Positions 30,390-38,858 of a DNA stretch of 64,000 nt are shown here, piece after piece (position 1 is the stretch's first letter; every line of letters begins with the position of its first letter). Position numbers and translations under genes: made by a program. This DNA comes from Thermodesulfobacteriota bacterium. GTDB lineage: Bacteria; Desulfobacterota; Binatia; Bin18. The notes beneath the pieces were generated by a model. That model saw nothing but the letters and a program-made list of their open reading frames with translations. It had not been told where the DNA came from and made no database searches. Location of the stretch: NCBI GenBank assembly GCA_964291405.2, contig OZ219926.1, positions 3,424,001-3,488,000 of the forward strand, read 5' to 3'.

Positions 30390-30632
30390 ATGCTCCCAGA
30401 GATGTTTACCGAGGCCTGGAACTGGCTCCTCAGCCTGTCCAAGGTCCAATTGATTCTTTTGGGTGGCGCTATCGCCCTGCTCGTTGCGATCAGCAAAGTG
30501 CTTCGCTTGCTGTTCCTGGTGATTGTCCTACTCTTCTTTCTGGTCGTGATTCTGCCGCAGTTGCTGACGCGCTATGCCGAGTATCCGCTCCCAGAACTCG
30601 CGCCGGGCGAGCGCGTTGTTCCTCAAGACTGA
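30390..30632 (+). CDS. Small membrane protein
   Basis: 80 aa, two hydrophobic helices, operon-like spacing. Confidence 0.65.
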   Translation: MLPEMFTEAWNWLLSLSKVQLILLGGAIALLVAISKVLRLLFLVIVLLFFLVVILPQLLTRYAEYPLPELAPGERVVPQD

Positions 30633-30651
30633 AGTACGAAAGGAGACAGTA

Positions 30652-31122
30652 ATGGAAGCTGAAAAGAAACTCGAAGAACTCGGGCTAACCCTGCCACCCA
30701 TTCCCACTCCAGTGGCCAACTATCTGCCCCTGGTGCGAACCGGCAACCTCCTGTTTGTCTCCGGCCATGGGCCAGGCATCCTCAAGGATGGCAGCGTGTC
30801 GTTCATCCAGGGTAAGCTCGGCAAAGACCTGGACGTTGAGCAGGGGTATGATGCGGCCAAACAGGTTATGCTCAACATCCTGCAATCCTTGAAGCAGGAA
30901 CTGGGGGATTTGGATAAAGTCCGCAAAGTGGTCAAGCTGCTCGGCTTTGTCAACTGCACGCCCGACTTCCCCGATCAACCCAAAGTGATCAACGGTGCGT
31001 CCGATTTGCTCGTCGCCCTGTTTGGCGACCGTGGCCGTCACGCCCGCTCGGCCGTGGGCATGAACCAGCTCCCGTTCGGCATCGCCGTTGAGATTGAGAT
31101 GGTCGTGGAAGTCGAGGACTAA
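30652..31122 (+). CDS. RidA/YjgF family protein
   Basis: PVANYLP, FVSGHGP, VINGASDL, GRHARSAVG, AVEIE; AGGAG RBS. Confidence 0.92.
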   Translation: MEAEKKLEELGLTLPPIPTPVANYLPLVRTGNLLFVSGHGPGILKDGSVSFIQGKLGKDLDVEQGYDAAKQVMLNILQSLKQELGDLDKVRKVVKLLGFVNCTPDFPDQPKVINGASDLLVALFGDRGRHARSAVGMNQLPFGIAVEIEMVVEVED

Positions 31123-31155
31123 CGCGGAGACCCGCGCGTACCTTTGGGTACGGGA

Positions 31156-32163
31156 TTAAACCGCGGCAAACTGGGCCACCAGCGCGGCGTTGGATTCCGC
31201 TTTCTCAAAGGCGGTCAATACCGCCTGGGTTGCCTCCACGGTCGGCAGCGCGGCAACCTGACGGCGTAGTAGGTGGGCCATTTTGAGCGTATCGGGGTCG
31301 AGCAGTTGTTCCTCTTTGCGGGTGCCTGAGGCTGCAATATCAATAGCCGGGAACAGCCGCCGGTCGGCCAGGCGCCGATCGAGCAGTAGCTCCATATTGC
31401 CTGTCCCCTTGAATTCCTGGGCAATGACCTCATCCATGCGACTGCCCGTGTCAATCAGGCAGGTCGCTACGATGGTCAGTGAGCCGCCTTCTTCAAGCTG
31501 CCGGGCCGCCCCAAACAACCGTTTGGGGATTTCCAGCGCATTGGCGTCAATACCGCCGCTCATCGTCCGTCCAGTGGCCGTATTGAGATTATGAGCGCGG
31601 CCCAGACGGGTCAGCGAGTCCAGGACAACGATCACATCCTTATCCTGCAAGGCGCTCTCAACCGCCTGCTCCAGACATGTTGCGGCGGTCTCCAGATGTT
31701 CTTCCAGCGAACGATCATTCGAGGACGCAAACACCTCAGCCGGGACGGCCCGGCGAAAATCGGTTACCTCCTCGGGCCGCTCGTCAATCAGCAGGCTATA
31801 TAAGATGGCTTGTGGAGCCCCGGCCGCAGCCGCCACGCACAAGTCTTTTAAGAAGGTCGTCTTACCGGTTTTGGGCGGTGCGAGGATAATGGCTCGCTGG
31901 CCAAATCCAATCGGGCAGAACACATCCAGAATACGGATAGTCAGGGGCGTATCCGGCCCAACAAGCTGAATCTTCCGGTTGGGTGCAATCGGGACCCGAC
32001 TTTGAAATTCTTGCAGAGCGGCCGACGGTCCGGGTGGTCCGTTTCGTCGTCCCCGCTGCCTCTTGTGGGCCTGATGATTCTGCTCACCAGGCTGTGCTCT
32101 CCTGCCTCTCCCCCGCTGCCGCCTGTTCTTACGCATGATATTTCTATTGTTCCTGATCTCCAT
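31156..32163 (-). CDS. rho: Transcription termination factor Rho, short form (ATPase domain with Arg-rich N-terminus)
   Basis: [53 protein letters not shown]; only 335 aa. Confidence 0.88.
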   Translation of the reverse strand: MEIRNNRNIMRKNRRQRGRGRRAQPGEQNHQAHKRQRGRRNGPPGPSAALQEFQSRVPIAPNRKIQLVGPDTPLTIRILDVFCPIGFGQRAIILAPPKTGKTTFLKDLCVAAAAGAPQAILYSLLIDERPEEVTDFRRAVPAEVFASSNDRSLEEHLETAATCLEQAVESALQDKDVIVVLDSLTRLGRAHNLNTATGRTMSGGIDANALEIPKRLFGAARQLEEGGSLTIVATCLIDTGSRMDEVIAQEFKGTGNMELLLDRRLADRRLFPAIDIAASGTRKEEQLLDPDTLKMAHLLRRQVAALPTVEATQAVLTAFEKAESNAALVAQFAAV

Positions 32164-32248
32164 GCTACCTACAATCTCGATAGACTACAAAATGAAAGTT
32201 GCAATCGGCCGCCTGAGCCCCCTGTTTCTTGGGTGACGGCGAGGTGGG

Positions 32249-33073
32249 CTAGCGTGTCCCTGCCCGTCGGCGCAGCCATTCTACACTCAGCATGAACAGC
32301 AGGGAAAAAGCAATCAGCAGGGTCGCCACAGCCAGAATCGCCGGACTGATCTGCTCACGGATACCGGTCCACATCTGGCGCGGCACCGTCCGTTGTTCCA
32401 GACCACCCATGAACAGTACCGTCACCACTTCGTCGAACGAGGTGGCAAACGCAAACAAGGCCCCGGAAATCACGCCTGGGGCGATCAGCGGCAGCACGAC
32501 GCGCCGGAACGTCCGCAGCGGTCCGGCGCCCAGACTGGCCGCTGCGCGATACAGGTTGGGGTCGAAACCGGACAGCGTTGCGGTCACCGTGATAACGACA
32601 AACGGTGTGCCCAGTGTGGCGTGGGCCAGGATGAGCCCCAGGTGGGTCTGAGTCAGACCTAGGTTTGAGTAGAAGAAGAACATACCCGCGGCCGAGATAA
32701 TCACCGGAGTGATCATAGGCGAGATCAACAGACCCATGATCGCCGAGCGGCCCGGCAGGGCGGGATGCGTCAGTCCCAGGGCCGCAAGCGTACCAAGCGT
32801 GGTCGCGAGCGCGGTGGCCGCCAGACCGATAAACAGGCTGTTGAGGAGCGCGTGTCTCCACTCCGGGTCGCCCACCACATTCTGGTACCAGCGGAGCGAA
32901 TAGGCGGAGGACTCCAGACGCAGCATCCCTTCGGTAAAGGTAAAATAGGGTTCGGCGTTAAAACTGAGCGGGACGATGACCACAATCGGCGCAATCAGAA
33001 ACACGAACACCGCAGTGCAGAAGGCCAGGTAGGCAGTCCGGCCGACGCGCTCCCAGGCTCCTCTCGGCGTCAT
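32249..33073 (-). CDS. ABC transporter permease, PotC-like
   Basis: SLRWY, AAASLGA loop, TSFDEVV. Confidence 0.92.
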   Translation of the reverse strand: MTPRGAWERVGRTAYLAFCTAVFVFLIAPIVVIVPLSFNAEPYFTFTEGMLRLESSAYSLRWYQNVVGDPEWRHALLNSLFIGLAATALATTLGTLAALGLTHPALPGRSAIMGLLISPMITPVIISAAGMFFFYSNLGLTQTHLGLILAHATLGTPFVVITVTATLSGFDPNLYRAAASLGAGPLRTFRRVVLPLIAPGVISGALFAFATSFDEVVTVLFMGGLEQRTVPRQMWTGIREQISPAILAVATLLIAFSLLFMLSVEWLRRRAGTR

Positions 33074-33074
33074 C

Positions 33075-34298
33075 TCAACCTAACCTCATCCGTTCGATTC
33101 CCACCAGGCGGTCGTACACCAGATACAGCACCAGGACGAAGGCCAGCAGCAGACCGCCTATTGCTGCGGCCAGCCCCCAGTTCAAGGAAGTCTGCATATG
33201 GTAGGCGATCATATTGGAAATGAGCTGGCCGCTCTGGCCGCCGACCAGGGCGGGCGTGATGTAATAGCCAATCGCCAGGATAAAAACCAGCAGCGAGCCG
33301 GCACCAACACCAGGCAAAGTTTGCGGCCAATAGACCCGCCAAAATGCCTGGACCGCACTCGCGCCCAGCGAAGCTGCCGCGCTCATATGCAGCTGCGGGA
33401 TGGTACGCATGACCGCGTACAGCGGCAGCACCATGAAAGGCAGCAGGACGTGGGTCATGGCGACTATAGTGCCGGTCATATTGTAGATCATGGCGAGGCG
33501 GCTATTGTCGGCGATCAGGCCGAGCGCGACGAACGTGCTGTTGATCACTCCCTGGGTCTGGAGCAGGACGATCCAGGCGGTCGTGCGCACCAGCAAGGAG
33601 GTCCAGAACGGCACCAGCACCAACAGCAGCAGGAGATTCGCCCGTTGCGGTGGGGCATGGGCGATCAGATAGGCGATCGGATAACCGAGGAGCAGGCACA
33701 GCCCGGTCAGGCTCAGGCTTACGACCAGGGTACGCCACAGCAGCGGCAGATAGACGCGATACTCGTCCGGTCGCGGAGCGATGTGGCCATCGCTGCGGCG
33801 TTCCAGGTCCAGAGCGTGCAAATAGTGGCGTGCAGTGAAGCGCTCGCCGGCGTAACGAATCGCGTGCCAGGTTTGTACATCGTCCCAGGCCGCGTGGATG
33901 CCGATCAGCGTGTCACGCCACGATGGACCTTCCGCGTCGCGCATGCGTCGCGCCGTGCGAGTGATGACGCTCCGCAGGCCACCATGCACGCGGTTGATAC
34001 GGGTAGCGACCCGCCCCAGGGTGCGCTCCTGACGCGCTCTGCGCAGTTCGCGTGCGACCGTCTCGAACACCGGCTCAGGCGGAATGTGCACGCCGTCCCA
34101 ATCTTGCAACAGACCCAATGTTTCGGGCAGCGCATCAGCCACCACCGGGTCATACACGCTGCGCGACAGCATGGTCGCCAGCGGCGCCATGAAGGTCAGC
34201 CCGATAAAGGCGACCAGCGGCAGCACCAGCCCTATGGCACGAAGCTGTGGACCGAAAAGGATAAACGTGCCAACACCTGCATGTCTACTGGAGGACAC
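33075..34298 (-). CDS. ABC transporter permease, PotB-like, with long N-terminal soluble insert
   Basis: LLGYPIAY, VPFWTSLLVRT, AAASLGAS, YYITPALVGG; start uncertain because it lies inside repeat copy 4. Confidence 0.9.
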   Translation of the reverse strand: MSSSRHAGVGTFILFGPQLRAIGLVLPLVAFIGLTFMAPLATMLSRSVYDPVVADALPETLGLLQDWDGVHIPPEPVFETVARELRRARQERTLGRVATRINRVHGGLRSVITRTARRMRDAEGPSWRDTLIGIHAAWDDVQTWHAIRYAGERFTARHYLHALDLERRSDGHIAPRPDEYRVYLPLLWRTLVVSLSLTGLCLLLGYPIAYLIAHAPPQRANLLLLLVLVPFWTSLLVRTTAWIVLLQTQGVINSTFVALGLIADNSRLAMIYNMTGTIVAMTHVLLPFMVLPLYAVMRTIPQLHMSAAASLGASAVQAFWRVYWPQTLPGVGAGSLLVFILAIGYYITPALVGGQSGQLISNMIAYHMQTSLNWGLAAAIGGLLLAFVLVLYLVYDRLVGIERMRLG

Positions 34299-34310
34299 GT
34301 TTACTCTTTT
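34255..34310. repeat. ~55-bp palindromic element, copy 4 (reverse orientation, one degenerate arm)
   Basis: Minus strand reads AAAAGAGTAAACGTGTCCTCCAGTAGACATGCAGGTGTTGGCACGTTTATCCTTTT; abuts the SBP stop codon. Confidence 0.8.
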
Positions 34311-35426
34311 TCAGCGAGCCAGCCATGCGCTGAAGCGCTCGTTCATCTCGTCGCCGTGATCTCTCCACCACCGCCAGTCGTGGATCAGAGCGTGGGCGAC
34401 GTTTGCGGGGCTGTTCGGCATATGCGGTTTCATGTCCACCCCGGTTACGAGATGGGTGGCGATCAGGGCCGCTCCCGACTTCCGGGCGGGACTATAGGCG
34501 ATATAGCGCCCGACCGCGGCCAGGGACTCGGTCCGCGTTGCAAAGGTGAGGAACTTCCGGGCCGCTTCCAACCTTGGCGTACCGGCAACAATACCGAGGA
34601 TGCCGTGGTCCAGCACTTGGCCGTCCCAGACAATCACAAAGGGCTGATTTTCCAAGACTTGGGCGTTAAAGATGCGGCCGTTATAGGCTGTGCTCATCAC
34701 GACCTCGCCGTCGGCCAGCATCTGCGGCGGCTGCGCCCCGGCTTCCCACCAGACGATGTGCTCCTTGATCGTGTCAAGCTTACGGAATGCCCGGCCCACG
34801 CCCTCCGGCGTGTCCAGCGTCGCATACACCTGATCCACGGGCACGCCGTCGGCCATCAGCGCGAACTCCAGATTAACCAGCGGACTGCGGCGCATGCCGC
34901 GGCGGCCGGGGAATTTCTCCAGATTGAAAAAGTCCCGGAGCGTCGTCGGTTTGGGGCCGGGAAGGTGGGTCGGGTTATAGGCGTACACCGTGGAGTAGAA
35001 CAGCATGCCGACGCCGCATTCGGTGATCATATCGGGGAAGAAATCGTCCACCGCAGGGGTCCCGTCCGGCGCCGGAGGCAGGTCGGCGGCGGCGATGGGT
35101 TCGAGCAGTCCCTCATCACAGCCCCGCGCCGCGTCGGCCATCTCCAGATCAACCAGGTCCCAGTAGACCTTGCCGGTCTCCACCTGAGCGCGGATTTGGG
35201 CCAGACCGCCGTTATAGGATTCCAGGCGAACTTCAATACCCGTTTCCGCAGTGAAGGGCTCGTTATACGCCTTCTGGCAGGCACGAGCGTAGGAGCCTCC
35301 CCAAGAGACCAAGGTGAGCGATTCGTTGCCAACAGCCGGACGGCTCCAACTCAGGCTGGCCAGCAAAACGAGTGCTGCGGCAGAGACTCCCGAGTGGATT
35401 CGGCTGCGATATAGGCGGGCTGTCAT
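34311..35426 (-). CDS. ABC transporter substrate-binding protein (polyamine/PotD-like)
   Basis: Signal peptide, LVSWGGSY, DFFNLEKFPGRRG, EFALMADGV, AYNGRI. Confidence 0.9.
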   Translation of the reverse strand: MTARLYRSRIHSGVSAAALVLLASLSWSRPAVGNESLTLVSWGGSYARACQKAYNEPFTAETGIEVRLESYNGGLAQIRAQVETGKVYWDLVDLEMADAARGCDEGLLEPIAAADLPPAPDGTPAVDDFFPDMITECGVGMLFYSTVYAYNPTHLPGPKPTTLRDFFNLEKFPGRRGMRRSPLVNLEFALMADGVPVDQVYATLDTPEGVGRAFRKLDTIKEHIVWWEAGAQPPQMLADGEVVMSTAYNGRIFNAQVLENQPFVIVWDGQVLDHGILGIVAGTPRLEAARKFLTFATRTESLAAVGRYIAYSPARKSGAALIATHLVTGVDMKPHMPNSPANVAHALIHDWRWWRDHGDEMNERFSAWLAR

Positions 35427-35431
35427 GCTGT

Positions 35432-36532
35432 CTACTCCTCCTCGTCCGGTATCAGGGCCCGGCAATCGATCGGCGTCCAGCCGATCTGGACCCGGTCGCC
35501 CGCCAGCACGGCACCGTGACCGACGATATTCGGGATCTTGATGATGAAGTCCGTGCTGCCACACACGGCCACCCGCAGGCGTAAGTGGTCTCCCAGGAAG
35601 GTAATATCCTGAATATCGGCCTCAAACCGATTGCTGTACAGCTCTGGCTTGGGCGCGAGGCAGACTCGTTCCGGACGGATGGCCAGGGTGACCGGGTCAC
35701 CAGGTTTGCACGGCCCGACCTGGAAGGCCTGGACGATCTGGCCACCGGTCTCCACCCGCGAGATCTCGTGCTCAACACTGAGGACCCGTCCGTGCAGCAG
35801 ATTGTTTTCACCAATGAAGCTGGCAACGAACGGGCGTTCCGGCTCTTCGTACAGCGTTTCCGGCAGGGCGACCTGCTCAATACGGCCGCGGCGAAAGACG
35901 GCAACCCGATCCGACAGCACCATCGCCTCCTGCTGGTCGTGGGTGACGTAGACGACCGTGACTCCCAGGCCGCGCTGGATACGCCGAATCTCATACTGCA
36001 TTTCCTCACGCAAACGACGGTCAAGGGCACCAAGCGGTTCGTCCATCAGCACTAGGCTGGGCTCAAACACCAGCGCCCGGGCAATGGCCACGCGTTGCTG
36101 CTGACCACCGGACAACTCGGTGGACCGGCGATCCTCAAGACCCTCCAGGCGGACGAGTTGCAGCGCCCGCCGGACGCGCTCGCGACGCTGCTGCGGGTCG
36201 ATCCCGCGCACTTCGAGCGGAAACGCCAGATTGCCACCAACCGTCATATGCGGAAACAGCGCATAGTTCTGAAAAACCACGCCAATACCTCGTTTGCGCG
36301 GCGGTAGATCGCGCATTGAACGCCCACGAATGCGAATGATCCCCGAAGTGGGTGCTTCAAAGCCGGCCAGCATCATCAGGCAGGTGGTCTTGCCCGAGCC
36401 GGAGGCCCCCAGCAGGGTCAGAAACTCCCCTTCATGCACGGTCAGGTCCAGGTCGCGCACGACTTGGACCTGACCGTCATAGCTCTTACACACGCGCTCG
36501 AATTCAACGTGGGCATTATGGGTTGAAGCCAT
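35432..36532 (-). CDS. ABC transporter ATP-binding protein, PotA-like
   Basis: GASGSGKT, FQNYALFPHM, LSGGQQQR, MDEPLGALD, TOBE-like tail. Confidence 0.95.
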   Translation of the reverse strand: MASTHNAHVEFERVCKSYDGQVQVVRDLDLTVHEGEFLTLLGASGSGKTTCLMMLAGFEAPTSGIIRIRGRSMRDLPPRKRGIGVVFQNYALFPHMTVGGNLAFPLEVRGIDPQQRRERVRRALQLVRLEGLEDRRSTELSGGQQQRVAIARALVFEPSLVLMDEPLGALDRRLREEMQYEIRRIQRGLGVTVVYVTHDQQEAMVLSDRVAVFRRGRIEQVALPETLYEEPERPFVASFIGENNLLHGRVLSVEHEISRVETGGQIVQAFQVGPCKPGDPVTLAIRPERVCLAPKPELYSNRFEADIQDITFLGDHLRLRVAVCGSTDFIIKIPNIVGHGAVLAGDRVQIGWTPIDCRALIPDEEE

Positions 36533-36622
36533 GTTGATCCTGTACGGCTGTCCGGGCCTGCGGATATGGGCGACCCGTCCCTTCTAAATGGCAGGTATCC
36601 TGACGTATTCGAGCGAGTAGTG

Positions 36623-37954
36623 TCAAGTTCGGTCCGATGAGGCGTCGCCGGGCGGTTCCATCTGCTGGCCCGTTCTGATGCCGCGTCGTTCGTTCACTGT
36701 GAGCAGCAGCAAGCCGCCAAGAACGAAAAATCCGACCACCGTGGCCACACCCAGGCGTTGGCTGCCCGTCGCCTCGGTCACTATGCCCAGCAGCAGAGGG
36801 CCGGCAAAAGTGGTAATCTTACCGGAAAAGGCGAACAGGCCGAAAAAGGCGGCGGAGTGCTGCTCCGGTACGAAGCGGGACATCAGCGTACGGCTGGCCG
36901 ACTGATTCGGCCCCACAAACAGCCCCAGGCTCAGGCCGGCCAGCCACAGCCAGCCGACGCTGGGCGCCCATACCGCCAGCAGGCTGAACACCGTCAGCGC
37001 TACCAGCGTAACCAGGATGGTGCGCTTTCCGCCCAACCGGTCATCCACAACGCCGAACACGCCGGCGCCGATGCCGGCCGCGACGTTGAGGGCAATACCG
37101 AACTGGATAACCTCTGGCAGACTCATCCCGAACGTGCCGGCCGCGTAGATGCCGCCGAAGGCGAAAATGGTGATCAGCCCGTCATTATACAAGAGCCGGG
37201 CGGCCAGCAGACGAGTGATGTCCGGATAATGACGCAACTGCTCGAACGTGTGCCTCAGCTCGCGGTAGGCCCCCATACGGGGTTGTAGGGGCAATTCATG
37301 AATTGCCCCTACGGATGGTCGGCGCGGAGCGAACACGAACAGCGGCAGGCTGAACAGCGCGAACCAGCCGGCTGCCAGCAGGCAGACCGCCCGGTAGTTG
37401 AATCCGGCCTCGGTACTGATGCCGAACAAGGGCTGCTCACGCGCCAGCACGGCCAGGGCCAGAACCAAGCTCAGCAGGCCCCCAGCATAGCCCAGTCCCC
37501 AGGCCCAGCCCGACAACCGGCCGACCCGTTCGGCTGGGACCAACTCGGGCAGAAAGGCGTTGTAAAATACGGTGCTCAGCTCGAATGCGACATTGGCGAC
37601 CACGAACAGAGACAATGCTATCAGCCCGGCCCAGACCCAGTCCGGGTGCACGCCGGTCAGGCCCGCACTGGCGACGCAGCACACCAGGGTACAGACCCCC
37701 AGATAGGTCAGCCGCTGGCCGTTACGGTCAGCCAGTGAGCCGAGCGGTGGGGCCAAAACCGCTACCAGTATGCCGCTCAGGCCGACCGCGCGTGACCACT
37801 GCACCGTACCGGTCACTTCGTCCGCGGCAATGGCGGTCGTGAAATAGGTGGAATAGACAAAAGTCACCACCAGGGTGGCGAACGCCGAGTTGGCCCAGTC
37901 GAACATCGCCCAGGCGGCTAATGTCCTGCGGGGCTGGGCGCGAGTGGCTTGCAT
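36623..37954 (-). CDS. MFS transporter (UMF1/Atg22-like)
   Basis: WAMFDWANSAF, FYNAFLP, GWGLGYAGG, GPNQSASR, FAFSGK. Confidence 0.88.
   Translation of the reverse strand: MQATRAQPRRTLAAWAMFDWANSAFATLVVTFVYSTYFTTAIAADEVTGTVQWSRAVGLSGILVAVLAPPLGSLADRNGQRLTYLGVCTLVCCVASAGLTGVHPDWVWAGLIALSLFVVANVAFELSTVFYNAFLPELVPAERVGRLSGWAWGLGYAGGLLSLVLALAVLAREQPLFGISTEAGFNYRAVCLLAAGWFALFSLPLFVFAPRRPSVGAIHELPLQPRMGAYRELRHTFEQLRHYPDITRLLAARLLYNDGLITIFAFGGIYAAGTFGMSLPEVIQFGIALNVAAGIGAGVFGVVDDRLGGKRTILVTLVALTVFSLLAVWAPSVGWLWLAGLSLGLFVGPNQSASRTLMSRFVPEQHSAAFFGLFAFSGKITTFAGPLLLGIVTEATGSQRLGVATVVGFFVLGGLLLLTVNERRGIRTGQQMEPPGDASSDRT
37285..37312. repeat. Perfect 28-bp GTAG-type REP palindrome inside the MFS coding sequence
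   Basis: GTAGGGGCAATTCA|TGAATTGCCCCTAC, translated as VGAIHELPL. Confidence 0.85.
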
Positions 37955-38065
37955 GACCGGTCACATAGCAGGGAGCCGGCGCTGTGGCGAGACTGATGAA
38001 CGACTCGACCTTATGACAAATTCCGACTAGTCTACCAATAGTCTGAAGTTCTGAAGGTCTGTTTC

Positions 38066-38308
38066 ATGCCTAGAATCGGCGCTTCTGAAGCAAAAACTCA
38101 CCTGCCGCAACTGTTACGGCGCGTTCAGGTGGGAGAACGATTCATCATTACCAAGCATAATCGCCCTGTGGCCGAGCTGATTCCTTTTCCGCCGCGCGAT
38201 TCCGACAAGGTACGCGCGGCGATTGCCAGGCTGAAGACGTTTCAGGAAACGCACAGTCTGGAAGGACTGTCGGTTCGCCAGATGATCGAGGAAGGGCGCA
38301 AGTACTGA
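38066..38308 (+). CDS. Phd/YefM family antitoxin (no adjacent toxin)
   Basis: IGASEAKTHLPQLLRRVQVGERFIITKHNRPVAELIP; C-terminal MIEEGR. Confidence 0.9.
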   Translation: MPRIGASEAKTHLPQLLRRVQVGERFIITKHNRPVAELIPFPPRDSDKVRAAIARLKTFQETHSLEGLSVRQMIEEGRKY

Positions 38309-38356
38309 TGACCCTCTCCCTGCAGGGGCGAGGGAATATCAAGGCTCGCCTGCGTA

Positions 38357-38677
38357 TCAGGCTCCCGGGGGCCGGTAGGGTACGCTTTTGCCTATGGCCT
38401 CGTCCACGGTCTCGGGTGTCACGAGTACGGTGATACCGATGTTGAGGGCTCCGGCGGCGCCGATCGTCAAGGACACGGCCGATGCCGTTGCATCGTCGGG
38501 CAGATCGGCAATGATGTACAGGTCGGGCTCTCCGAAGGCGTAGTACAGCACCTCCACGCTCCCACCCATGCCCTCAATGGTCTGGGTTAATGCCTCCCGC
38601 CGCCGTGTGCCGCCTTCCTTCAACAAACCGGTCAATCCCGACTGCGTGTACGTTGCGTGAAACATGTATTTACCCAT
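38357..38677 (-). CDS. GYD domain protein
   Basis: YTQSGLTGLLKEGGT.R, GGSVE..YYAFGE.D, YRPPG; GGAGG RBS. Confidence 0.88.
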   Translation of the reverse strand: MGKYMFHATYTQSGLTGLLKEGGTRRREALTQTIEGMGGSVEVLYYAFGEPDLYIIADLPDDATASAVSLTIGAAGALNIGITVLVTPETVDEAIGKSVPYRPPGA

Positions 38678-38858
38678 TGGCTTCCCTCCAAATGTCGTGG
38701 TTTTTGATCATCGCGCTCCCGTTGCCTGAATGCAAGCGTCGGGCCGATATTCCGCTTAACGCGCTTAGCTGTCGTCATCGAGTTCCGTCGGAACCGCGTC
38801 TCATTTGCATTCGCGTGATGGGGTGCCGTATGATTCCGAAAAAAGAAGGAGGCTACCC

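Noticed and set aside
33198-35414. 738-aa plus-strand ORF
   Set aside because: It is the antisense shadow of well-supported ABC transporter genes in high-GC DNA and has no motifs. The same applies to most overlapping track ORFs.
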